Of a DNA stretch of 32,000 nt, positions 1 through 8,495 are shown piece after piece; position 1 is the stretch's first letter, and the number at the start of each line of letters is the position of its first letter. This DNA comes from Staphylothermus marinus F1 (GTDB lineage Archaea > Thermoproteota > Thermoprotei_A > Sulfolobales > Desulfurococcaceae). The notes under the pieces are model-generated. The model did not search any database and was not told the DNA's origin. It saw nothing but the letters and a program-made list of their open reading frames with translations. The DNA lies in assembly GCF_000015945.1 (NCBI RefSeq), contig NC_009033.1:630001-662000 (forward strand), in the 5' to 3' direction. Position numbers and translations under genes: made by a program.

Positions 1-1214
1 AAGAATGCTTCATAAAATGGCTTATTATTCCTGAAATAGTCTAGCTTATATAGTTCTCTTGAACGGCATTCTTCTCCATCAATATATTTTAGCATTAGCT
101 CAACTATTTCTTTGGGTGGAGGCGAGAGGAAGCTGAACATTTCCCAGTATGGAGAATTCTCTCCTTCTCTTAGTGCTTTAACAAATAATTCATTGCATGG
201 ATTAGTATGATGCATGGTAATGTCTAGTACGATCTTTATTTTTCTACTATGTAATACTTGAACAAGCTTTTCGAAATCCTCCATTGTGCCTAAATACTTG
301 TCTATCGATTTATAGTCGATCGTATCATATCTATGATAGCTTGTGGAGGAAAATATTGGTGTTAAATAAATTGTTTCAACACCTAGATCCTCTAAGTGAT
401 CAATATGTTTCATGATGCCTGCTAAGTCTCCTCCATAATATCCATACTCTCTCGGCACAGTTTTCTTTATCCTATTTGGAGGATCATTATTGGGGTCTCC
501 ATTATCAAAGCTATCAATAAATATTTGATAATACACTGTGCCCATATACCATCTAGGCTTATCTACTCCGGGAATATACTTGGAATTTACGACAATATAG
601 GAAGAATTCTCTGAAACTCCTTCATCGCCATAAAATAATTTCTTATCATTATAGTTGAAGATGAAGCGGTAGCGTAGAATGCTTCTACTAGGTATAATGT
701 ATTGATAAACTATATTGTCTCCAACAACATGTTTTGTTAGGGGTTCTCTTATTTCGTTTCCTAAATCTATTAATGGCTCATTTATTTCTGTTGGAGCTAT
801 GAGTCTAATTATGATTTCGCCATTGAATTTATGAATGAATCCAGATTCTTCTATGTGTATGATTTTATCAAGAGGGTTATCTGGTTCTTTAATAACTAGT
901 TTTGACAAGCATTTTTTATATTCTGGGAAGAACGAGGTGTGTACGCATTTTTTCTCTTCATTATCTGGATCAAGGACGTTTTCAAAATCATTATCTATTT
1001 GAAATCCGTAACCATATTCTCCAGGCCATAGTTTCAAATATACAATACCTTGTTCTTCGATCTTTCTAAGTTTTACGAAGCCTGGATAGAGGCTTGTGAA
1101 TTCTCCTATTAAATAAATATTTTTCGCGTATTGAGGCCAGTGCCTTGTAAACTTGACTATATATCTTCCCTTCCTCCCCTTACCATATATTTCTCTTCCA
1201 ATAATTTTGTACAT
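1..1214 (-). CDS. GH13 alpha-amylase-family glycosidase (cyclomaltodextrinase / maltogenic-amylase-like), N-terminal ~404 codons; C-terminus lies beyond the window start
   Basis: Absent from supplied ORF track (no stop inside window). Manual minus-strand translation from ATG at 1214 (in-frame TAG immediately upstream): MYKIIGREIYGKGRKGRYIVKFTRHWPQYAKN... It contains the GH13 hallmark YGGDLAGIMKHIDHLEDLGVETIYLTPIF and region-I-like KIVLDITMHHTN. The frame stays open to position 1. Confidence 0.85.
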   Translation of the reverse strand, partial: MYKIIGREIYGKGRKGRYIVKFTRHWPQYAKNIYLIGEFTSLYPGFVKLRKIEEQGIVYLKLWPGEYGYGFQIDNDFENVLDPDNEEKKCVHTSFFPEYKKCLSKLVIKEPDNPLDKIIHIEESGFIHKFNGEIIIRLIAPTEINEPLIDLGNEIREPLTKHVVGDNIVYQYIIPSRSILRYRFIFNYNDKKLFYGDEGVSENSSYIVVNSKYIPGVDKPRWYMGTVYYQIFIDSFDNGDPNNDPPNRIKKTVPREYGYYGGDLAGIMKHIDHLEDLGVETIYLTPIFSSTSYHRYDTIDYKSIDKYLGTMEDFEKLVQVLHSRKIKIVLDITMHHTNPCNELFVKALREGENSPYWEMFSFLSPPPKEIVELMLKYIDGEECRSRELYKLDYFRNNKPFYEAF

Positions 1215-1247
1215 CTTCTATACAGCCATTCTAGAATTGTTTCTTTT

Positions 1248-2930
1248 TCATCTTGTTTTCCACCAGATTTTAGATAATATGTATTTTTCTAAATCCTCCA
1301 CAGTAATTATTCCTGCATATTTGCCTTTCTCATATTTTAAGATTAGTGCTTCAACATTATATCTTGATAATAATCTGATTGTTTCTTTAATCGTAATATT
1401 TTTATCGATTACGGGAATAGGATTTACTATATTAGGTGTTATCACTAATTCTTTTGTTTTTATTAGCTTTTTAACATCAATGGCACCTATTGGTGTATGG
1501 TTTTCATCTACGACCGGTATATGGGTATAGTTCGAGTTTATATAGATATGATATGCTTTATCCAATGGTTCCCCGAGTAGTAATGGTATTGGAACACTAT
1601 GTATTGCGTTGTGGATTTTTGCACTTAATATTTTGGGGTCTATTGAGTTAGCTATGTAAGCTACTGTAATTATTCGCTCTATTGATGCTCTTAACCTAGT
1701 TGTTCTCTGTGTTTTATATAGTACAGTGTTCCCTATGAGTTCGCGGACTATGAATGATGATAGAATTGCTGGAAAGATCAATGAATAGCTACCAGAGATC
1801 TCTGTTACTAATATACTTATTCCTAATGGTGCTGTTGAGGCTGCACCATAAAAGGCTGCAATTCCAGCATATACGTATACGAGTGGAGGTAATGATGATA
1901 GGTACCTACCTATAAATGAGTAAAATATTAGACCAGATAATCCTCCAATAAATAGGCTGGGTCCAAAATATCCAGCACTAGCACCTGATCTTATTGTTGC
2001 AGATGTTGCGATCATTTTTAAAAGTATTAACACCAGTAGTATTAGAGGCGCTTTTAAATATATTTTCTCCTCATATATCTTTAAGAACTTATTATAACCA
2101 ATACCTTCAACTTGTGGAACAAAAAACACTGTTATCCCAACTAATGCGGCTAATATGAATACTGGTAATAACTCATTGATCTTCAACATAGTTTTCTTAT
2201 ATTTATCAATAAACCTATCTAGATAAATAAATACATAGACTAGTGCTGTAATGAATAATGATAATAAGAGATAGATCATAATGTTTATAGGTTCTAAAAT
2301 TCTCGTCAACGATATAGTTATCTGCGGCATATAAATGACTTTCCCCATAATCATCGAGGACATAACATAGCCAATAATGCTTGATAAAATAACTGGGACA
2401 ATATACTTGGTTTCTAAATCCCTCCTATAAGGGATCTCTATGGCGTAAAAGAATGCTCCGAGAGGGGCTTGGAAGATGTAGGAGAGAGAAGAAGCTATTC
2501 CAGATAACATTAATGCTTTTCTCTCTGAATAACTAAGTTTTAATCGATCAGAAAGTAATCCTCCAATATATCCGCCAAAATATACAGAAGGCCCTTGTAA
2601 ACCCCCGCTCCCACCCCCTCCAATAGTTATTATTGTTGAGAAAAACTTTGATATAAGATTTGATTTTCTCAATTTACGGAATGGTAAGTGGTACTCATAT
2701 ACGATGTTTTCAACACCAGCGCCCATAGCATGTTTTGCATTAGTAATTCGTAGTATTAGATACCCAGCTATAATGGAGAAGAACGCAGTAAGTGCTAATG
2801 AAATATTAGAATAGACTAGTTTATCTATCACTAAACCATAAGCATCCAATACATAAACAAATCCAGCAACAAACAAACTAGAAATAAAACCCACAATTAG
2901 GGATATAGCTATGAGCTTCAAATTAGGCAA
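1248..2930 (-). CDS. ClC-family chloride channel/transporter homolog with C-terminal CBS-domain pair
   Basis: 560-aa ORF, multi-TM. ClC filter-like motifs GAGVE, GGLQGPSVYFGGYIG, GYFGPSLFIGG and conserved Tyr in SGSYSLIFP. C-terminal ~130 aa has a CBS-pair-like pattern. TTG start at 2930 with in-frame stop just upstream. Confidence 0.85.
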   Translation of the reverse strand: MPNLKLIAISLIVGFISSLFVAGFVYVLDAYGLVIDKLVYSNISLALTAFFSIIAGYLILRITNAKHAMGAGVENIVYEYHLPFRKLRKSNLISKFFSTIITIGGGGSGGLQGPSVYFGGYIGGLLSDRLKLSYSERKALMLSGIASSLSYIFQAPLGAFFYAIEIPYRRDLETKYIVPVILSSIIGYVMSSMIMGKVIYMPQITISLTRILEPINIMIYLLLSLFITALVYVFIYLDRFIDKYKKTMLKINELLPVFILAALVGITVFFVPQVEGIGYNKFLKIYEEKIYLKAPLILLVLILLKMIATSATIRSGASAGYFGPSLFIGGLSGLIFYSFIGRYLSSLPPLVYVYAGIAAFYGAASTAPLGISILVTEISGSYSLIFPAILSSFIVRELIGNTVLYKTQRTTRLRASIERIITVAYIANSIDPKILSAKIHNAIHSVPIPLLLGEPLDKAYHIYINSNYTHIPVVDENHTPIGAIDVKKLIKTKELVITPNIVNPIPVIDKNITIKETIRLLSRYNVEALILKYEKGKYAGIITVEDLEKYILSKIWWKTR

Positions 2931-3006
2931 AACAATCTACCCAATAGCTATGAAGCTCTCTACAAGAAAATAATGATTAATACATAGGAATTTAAACTAG
3001 GAGAAG

Positions 3007-3113
3007 TGGGCCCGCGGGGATTTGAACCCCGGACCTCCGCCTCTCTCAACGGGCCTATACATATTCATACCGCTCGTAAGGGCGGCGTCCTAACCAGGCT
3101 AGACGACGGGCCC
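3007..3113 (-). tRNA. tRNA-Val (anticodon UAC) with ~32-nt intron at canonical 37/38 position; CCA not encoded
   Basis: Reverse complement folds as GGGCCCG/CGGGCCC acceptor, GUCU..GGAC D-arm, CCGCC/GGCGG anticodon stem with loop CUUACG[intron]A, and T-arm CGGGG-UUCAAAU-CCCCG. GC-rich island in AT-rich DNA. Confidence 0.85.
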
Positions 3114-3250
3114 TTCCACAAACAGCTTTATCCATCAATCAAAATAGACTAGAAACTAGGTGATTAAATTTTTTACGCAACAACGAACCAAGACACGTAA
3201 CGGACTATGGTATAGAGTATTAACATGATACTAGGATAAGAAGCATTTTA

Positions 3251-3338
3251 TGGTGCGGGGGGTGGGATTTGAACCCACGCAGGCCTACGCCATCGGGTCC
3301 TAAGCCCGACCCCTTTGACCAGGCTCGGGCACCCCCGC
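3251..3338 (-). tRNA. tRNA-Leu (anticodon UAG), class II with long variable arm, 3' CCA encoded
   Basis: Reverse complement: GCGGGGG acceptor, anticodon stem UCGGG/CCCGA with loop CUUAGGA, variable arm UGGCGUAGGCCUGC, T-arm GUGGG-UUCAAAU-CCCAC, then CCCCCGC-A-CCA. Confidence 0.9.
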
Positions 3339-3420
3339 ACCATTATATTGTTAGTTTATTGATTGGGGTTTAAAGGTTTAGTTTAAGATTTTATTTTCTT
3401 TGTAGTATAGGAATGTGTGT

Positions 3421-3630
3421 TTAGCCTAGTTCTGCTACTATTTCTGCGCGGTCTCTTAGAATGTATGCTTTTCCTCCTGTTGGTTTTACGAGGACTGTTC
3501 CACATACTTTGCATCTTACTGGGAATGTTGCGTGGCTGAATACTACGTTTTCTGCTCCACATACTTTACATATTACTTTTAAGAATCTGCTTCTGGGTTG
3601 GGGGATTAGGATTTTTCTCTTCTTAACCAT
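3421..3630 (-). CDS. rps27e: 30S ribosomal protein S27e (eS27)
   Basis: [47 protein letters not shown]... has a C4 zinc-ribbon typical of S27e. I place the start at ATG 3630, directly after the L44e stop (3633-3635), not at the 93-aa track start, which overlaps L44e. Confidence 0.9.
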   Translation of the reverse strand: MVKKRKILIPQPRSRFLKVICKVCGAENVVFSHATFPVRCKVCGTVLVKPTGGKAYILRDRAEIVAELG

Positions 3631-3632
3631 TT

Positions 3633-3920
3633 TTACCTTGTCACCTCTACTAACTCGTATTTCTTCATACGTATTCCGCGGCGGTGAAGTATGTATCCGC
3701 ATTGTCTACATTTAAGTTTTAAGACAACCTTTTTGGTTACTTTAGCGAATCTTTTCTGTTCAGATTTGCGTTTTGAACCATAACCTTTCTTTTTAGCAGC
3801 GTATCTACGCTCACCTTCAGCAAGGGATCTGCGTTTACCATGCTTATAAATAGTCACTGTATGTGGTGTGTGCGTTTTACATCTCGGACAAAATGTTACT
3901 ATAACCTTTGGTATTCTCAT
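3633..3920 (-). CDS. rpl44e: 50S ribosomal protein L44e (eL42)
   Basis: [22 protein letters not shown]...KCRQCGY: CxxC...CxxC zinc-ribbon, very basic, canonical L44e sequence pattern. GGTGA Shine-Dalgarno-like motif about 8 nt upstream. Confidence 0.92.
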   Translation of the reverse strand: MRIPKVIVTFCPRCKTHTPHTVTIYKHGKRRSLAEGERRYAAKKKGYGSKRKSEQKRFAKVTKKVVLKLKCRQCGYILHRRGIRMKKYELVEVTR

Positions 3921-4008
3921 ACAATACTCACCCTTCCCCTGCTAATTCTATGTCTCAAACCATGTATTTACCCCAATAAAAACCTAATTATCCATGTTAT
4001 AAGGTTTT

Positions 4009-4551
4009 CTACCATCTCTTATCTTTTACTCCTAGATAATATGCTATGTTATTAGTTATAATATGTAGTGCTAGAATGATTATGAGAGAATACAGTATGT
4101 ATAATGGATAAGATATGAATTCTTCTATGCCTAGAAAATAATAGTATAGAGTAGCCATTAATGCGAAATCCAATTGATCAATTATGGGTAGTGGTTCTCC
4201 ACTAGCAATATTCATTCTCCTCTTAATAAATGAACCGAGTAAATCACCTATTAAAGCAAATATTGAACTCCCTAAACCTATTAATATGTATTCTTCCTCG
4301 CACAAAATAATACCTATACCTATAGATGTGAGAAAACCCATTAAAACACCAACATAGAAGCCTTCCCAAGTCTTGTTTTTACCAAATAAAGGCTTACCAT
4401 CTATGAATATATGGGAGAAATCTATTCTATGAATACCCTTAACTAGAACTGGGGATGCATTAGCTATCATTGGTGATAGATAATATTTTAGAAACCAATA
4501 TATAAAATAATATTCTGGACTAATCATGTACCCACTCAATACCCTCACCAC
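4009..4551 (-). CDS. carS: CDP-archaeol synthase (CarS, DUF46 family) - membrane protein
   Basis: 180-aa polytopic membrane ORF. The FGKNKTWEGF motif and size match my recollection of the CarS/DUF46 family. The start may be the downstream Met (overlap with the upstream ATPase gene). Confidence 0.65.
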   Translation of the reverse strand: MVRVLSGYMISPEYYFIYWFLKYYLSPMIANASPVLVKGIHRIDFSHIFIDGKPLFGKNKTWEGFYVGVLMGFLTSIGIGIILCEEEYILIGLGSSIFALIGDLLGSFIKRRMNIASGEPLPIIDQLDFALMATLYYYFLGIEEFISYPLYILYSLIIILALHIITNNIAYYLGVKDKRW

Positions 4552-5179
4552 TTATTAGAAAATAATATGATTCACCAGAGTATTCCTCAGGCTTAACAAT
4601 ACGAGCCGCTCTCTTAGCATCTTCCCATCCAAGATAAATTATTGTTTTAAACCAATAATCCAAAATATTCATACCACTAGCAACAACCTCGTATTCTTCA
4701 TCTTCATAACCCATTCTAACTTGTGCAGAAGCAAATAAGAACCCGCCACGATCAACCGTGTTTTTCCAAAGCATACCAAGCAATAATCCATACCTAGTAA
4801 TAGATTCCTCCTCAGAAGCTATTACGCGGTAGAGAGAATTAATACTATCAATAAATACTCTCCTAAACTTTAAAATGGGTAGTTTGAAAACAATGAAATC
4901 AAATAATTCATCAAAATCATATATCTCAGTAAAAAATACATTAGCATATTTCTCCGGAGACCGAGCTACTCGGTCATAGTGAAGGGTTTCCTCAGTACTA
5001 ATATAGAGGCATGGATCATTTTTATCAATGCATATATTAGAAGCAATAGTTAATAGAAGAGTAGTTTTACCAGAACCTGCCTCACCAAAAAACAAGACAG
5101 ACCTAGATTCACCTATAACCCTGTCAAGACCCGGATTCCCCGTTACTATTGTTTTCCTCGACAAATAAGCAAACCTCAC
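4520..5179 (-). CDS. RecA-superfamily ATPase (KaiC/RadB/RadC-paralog-like)
   Basis: TGNPGLDRVIGE followed by Walker A GEAGSGKTTLLL and Walker-B-like RRVFIDSINSL. The ~220-aa single RecA-fold size is typical of archaeal Rad paralogs. Confidence 0.7.
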   Translation of the reverse strand: MRFAYLSRKTIVTGNPGLDRVIGESRSVLFFGEAGSGKTTLLLTIASNICIDKNDPCLYISTEETLHYDRVARSPEKYANVFFTEIYDFDELFDFIVFKLPILKFRRVFIDSINSLYRVIASEEESITRYGLLLGMLWKNTVDRGGFLFASAQVRMGYEDEEYEVVASGMNILDYWFKTIIYLGWEDAKRAARIVKPEEYSGESYYFLISGEGIEWVHD

Positions 5180-5313
5180 AACGATTCAACAATAAATGCG
5201 TATTTACTCAGAAAAAATAAAACCATTTTTAATAAATATATCTTCAGGACCATAAGCATAGTGTAAAATGCTCCGCCAATAATGATTGAATAAGATGAGG
5301 TTTTGCAGGAGAT

Positions 5314-5961
5314 TTGATTAGAAGACCACTAGTTATAGCGGTATATGAGCCTAGATGGTTTATACGGGTAATTGATATTTTAAGAAATCGTAGAATAAAC
5401 TACACCGTTTATGACAGGCCAGAGAATCTACCTTATTATAGTGTTTTATATACTGATTATGAAGAGTTTGTACGTGAAGCATCTATTAGGGAAGATATTA
5501 AAATAATATATGATCCAAATGATTCACTTAGAGGTCTGGAAGAATCAATACTGGCTACAATGTTTAAGACCGAGTATAGAGAGGTATCAATAGGCATTGA
5601 TCCAGGTAATAAGCCCTACATAGTAGTTATTGGTGATGGAGAAATACTGTACCATGGATATGTTTCCCTGGATAAAGTTAGCGACCAAATACTAATGTAC
5701 CTATCAAGTATTCCTGCTCATAGAAGAATTGTTAGAGTAGGCGCTGGATATAATGGGTTGGAAATAGCTACAAAACTTAGGAGAAAAATAAATATTAACA
5801 TAGAAATTGTAGATGAGTATGAAACAACTCCTAGAAGCAATAGATCGTCTCAGACAAGCTCCTTGAACAAAAAATTGTTAGAAATACTTAAACCATACAG
5901 GAATAAGGATGCATATGCAGCGTTAAGAATAGCTTTAAGGAAAGGTATTAGAGTTGATTAG
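5314..5961 (+). CDS. Uncharacterised protein with C-terminal YqgF/RuvX-like RNase H-fold nuclease domain
   Basis: 215-aa ORF (TTG start). The motif order IGIDPG...RIVRVGAGYNG...IVDEYETT...KDAYAALRIAL parallels the RuvX pattern D-x-G ... vvGlP ... DERlTT ... D..AA.iIL. The N-terminal ~90 aa is unassigned. Confidence 0.5.
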   Translation: MIRRPLVIAVYEPRWFIRVIDILRNRRINYTVYDRPENLPYYSVLYTDYEEFVREASIREDIKIIYDPNDSLRGLEESILATMFKTEYREVSIGIDPGNKPYIVVIGDGEILYHGYVSLDKVSDQILMYLSSIPAHRRIVRVGAGYNGLEIATKLRRKININIEIVDEYETTPRSNRSSQTSSLNKKLLEILKPYRNKDAYAALRIALRKGIRVD

Positions 5962-5963
5962 GA

Positions 5964-7211
5964 ATGCCTATAGTTGAGCTGAGAAAAAATGAAGCAATCA
6001 AGATATTCGGTCCTGCAGCCATAAACGTTGCTTCCGGAACAGTAGAGGTTCTAGGTAAGAGATTCAATACAAACGATAAATTCATAGTTCACAAGACTAG
6101 AAGCTATATTGTCGTTGCTCTTACTGATTCAAAACTCGACATAAACCTGGGGTCTGAAGCATCTATACAAGCTGTTGAGGAAGATGATCCGTATCATGAA
6201 TGGGTCTCTATAGCTAATGAAATACTTAGTAAAGATTATCGTAAAATCATGGTTATAGGAGGAATTGACTGCGGCAAATCTTCTTTCTCAATATTATTAT
6301 CTAATAAGGCTCTCGACAATAATTTGGAGCCTGCACTAATAGATGCTGATGTTGGACAAGCAGATATTGGTCCTCCAGGCTTTATTTCAATGTCTTATCC
6401 TAAACAACAAGTTATATGGATGAGAACGCTTAAACCTTATAAACTCAGATTTATCGGGGACATTAAGCCTCAACACCATGTAGACTTAATTATTGATAAA
6501 TTAAAGGAACTAATCGATATTGCAGAGAAAGAACATAGAACACCCATAATAATAGATACTGATGGATGGATCGGCGACAGCTACGCATTAATGTATAAGT
6601 ATAGATTAGTAGAAGAAACTAAGCCTGATGCGACAATTGTTATTGGTGAAGAATACTGGGAGTTCTTCGATAAATTATCATTGCTGAGAACACATATTTA
6701 TAAGATCAATGCTCCAAGGATCAGGAAACAACGCAGCCGTGAAGAGAGAAGAGCTTTGAGAAGCGATAAATACCGTGAATTCTTACTGGATTCACAAATA
6801 GTTAAGGTATCATTGAAAAATGTATTGGTAACAAATATGCCTTTGTTCATGGGAAAACCCATTAGTTTAGACTCTCTTAATGTCTCGCCATTAGAAAAAG
6901 TATTATATGCTGCGAAAACTCCTGACACATTATATCTTGTATTATCTGAGCCAGTAAAGCTTCAGGGATTCGATGAACTCAAAACTAGATTTAATGTACA
7001 GAAAATAAGGACATTGATCAGCGGGTTCGAGAAAAACCTTTACGTTGCAATAGTTGATAAGAATGGAGATGAATATCCTGGACAAGTATTGAAGATAGAT
7101 TTCCGAAACGAAACCATACATGTGAAATCCAAATATAGAGTAGAACCTTCTATAATTAGGTTTTCACATATTAGATTAACAGAAGAATATACAGAGCAGA
7201 TCATGGAGTAG
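5964..7211 (+). CDS. Clp1/Grc3-family polynucleotide 5'-hydroxyl kinase homolog
   Basis: P-loop GGIDCGKSSFS followed by DADVGQADIGPPG (Clp1 clasp-like D-x-G-Q). The ~415-aa three-domain size is typical of archaeal Clp1. Confidence 0.7.
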   Translation: MPIVELRKNEAIKIFGPAAINVASGTVEVLGKRFNTNDKFIVHKTRSYIVVALTDSKLDINLGSEASIQAVEEDDPYHEWVSIANEILSKDYRKIMVIGGIDCGKSSFSILLSNKALDNNLEPALIDADVGQADIGPPGFISMSYPKQQVIWMRTLKPYKLRFIGDIKPQHHVDLIIDKLKELIDIAEKEHRTPIIIDTDGWIGDSYALMYKYRLVEETKPDATIVIGEEYWEFFDKLSLLRTHIYKINAPRIRKQRSREERRALRSDKYREFLLDSQIVKVSLKNVLVTNMPLFMGKPISLDSLNVSPLEKVLYAAKTPDTLYLVLSEPVKLQGFDELKTRFNVQKIRTLISGFEKNLYVAIVDKNGDEYPGQVLKIDFRNETIHVKSKYRVEPSIIRFSHIRLTEEYTEQIME

Positions 7212-7217
7212 ATTTCC

Positions 7218-8495
7218 ATGTATATAAACGAGTACTTGTTAAAGCTTGAAAAAGAAGGAAAAGAGTCTATTCATGTAGGAGAACTAAATAGAGAATATGA
7301 ACCCACTAGGATTATCAGTAAGAACAAGGACAAACTAGTATTTTTCTCCTTGAATAATTCAGTTGCTGAATGTTATGCAAATATTCTAAGTAGTAGGAAA
7401 GACTTGTATAGATTGTTTGGGTTAAGTAATGATATCGAAGTATATAATAAGATACTTGATGCACTAAATAATCCTGCAGAACTTGATGTTCGCAGCTTCA
7501 ATGATTATTATAGATCAACCGATTTTGGTTTACAACAACTACCATTTATAAAGTATTATAGGGAGGATGGCGGATACTATCTTACAAGCTCAATTTATAT
7601 CTCATGTATTAATAATATATGTAATGCGAGCTATCATAGAACAATGCTTCTAAGCGATGAAAAAGCTGTTCTACGAATAGTTCCGAGACACTTAGATTAT
7701 ATTGTGAAGAAATACCATGAGAAAGGATATGATGCTCCTGTAGCCATAGTTTTGGGGGTAGATCCATACACTGAGATCGCTGCCGCCACAACTCCTCCAC
7801 TAGGAGTATATGAGGTAGCGGTTGCTGCTAAGCTTTCAGGAGATAACCGTGTTGTCAAAACGCCTATTTACCAAATACCTGTTCCAGCAACAGCTAGTAT
7901 TGTTGTTGAAGGAGTTATTACTCGTGAAACAGCGTGGGAAGGGCCGTTTGTTGATATATTGAGAATACCTGATAAGCGGAGGAAGCAACTAGTTTTCAAA
8001 ATGGAGGCTATATATGTTCATCGAGAAATACCTCCACTATACCATGCTATTGTACCCGGGTTATGGGAGCATATATACTTGATGGGTTTCCCTCGTGAAC
8101 CACTCATATATGATTCGGTGAGGAAAATATCCCCAGGCATTAAAGGTGTTAGGTTAACAATTGGTAGTGGTGGATGGCTCCACGCGGTTGTATCAATACA
8201 TAAATCTAAGCCTGGGGAAGCTAGAAATATAGGTTTAGCCGTGATAAACGGTCATCCAAGCGTTAAACATGTCATAATAGTTGATGATGACATAGACATT
8301 GATGATCCATACATGGTTGAATGGGCTCTCGCTACAAGAGTTAGAGGAAGCGAAGACATTATTATACTGAGAAATATGAGGGGAAGCACACTTGATCCTA
8401 GAGGAAATGATGGAGTAGGTGATAAAGTAGTTATTGATGCAACTAAACCATTTGATGAACCATGGGATAAATACAGGTATGCGGGGATACCATAG
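7218..8495 (+). CDS. UbiD-family (prFMN-dependent) decarboxylase; by context, candidate anhydromevalonate-phosphate decarboxylase
   Basis: UbiD-like blocks SYHRTMLL, PVAIVLGVDPY and EGPFVDIL. It lies immediately upstream of, and overlaps, the AcnX large-subunit gene. Confidence 0.7.
   Translation: MYINEYLLKLEKEGKESIHVGELNREYEPTRIISKNKDKLVFFSLNNSVAECYANILSSRKDLYRLFGLSNDIEVYNKILDALNNPAELDVRSFNDYYRSTDFGLQQLPFIKYYREDGGYYLTSSIYISCINNICNASYHRTMLLSDEKAVLRIVPRHLDYIVKKYHEKGYDAPVAIVLGVDPYTEIAAATTPPLGVYEVAVAAKLSGDNRVVKTPIYQIPVPATASIVVEGVITRETAWEGPFVDILRIPDKRRKQLVFKMEAIYVHREIPPLYHAIVPGLWEHIYLMGFPREPLIYDSVRKISPGIKGVRLTIGSGGWLHAVVSIHKSKPGEARNIGLAVINGHPSVKHVIIVDDDIDIDDPYMVEWALATRVRGSEDIIILRNMRGSTLDPRGNDGVGDKVVIDATKPFDEPWDKYRYAGIP

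Noticed and set aside
1153-1530. Track ORF of 125 aa on the plus strand
   Set aside because: It is antisense to the GH13 start and the ClC 3' end, with a low-complexity hydrophobic translation typical of shadow frames in AT-rich DNA. The same reasoning applies to 3461-3715, 3840-4055, 6698-6928, 7609-7800, 11643-12011, 12416-12604, 18205-18435, 18436-18696, 18630-18935, 20181-20405, 20727-21140, 25624-25896, 27458-27724 and 29261-29557. All lie opposite well-supported genes.
3631-3702. N-terminal extension of the S27e ORF (93-aa version)
   Set aside because: The extra 24 codons overlap the L44e coding end. The internal ATG at 3630 gives the canonical S27e length and abuts the L44e stop.
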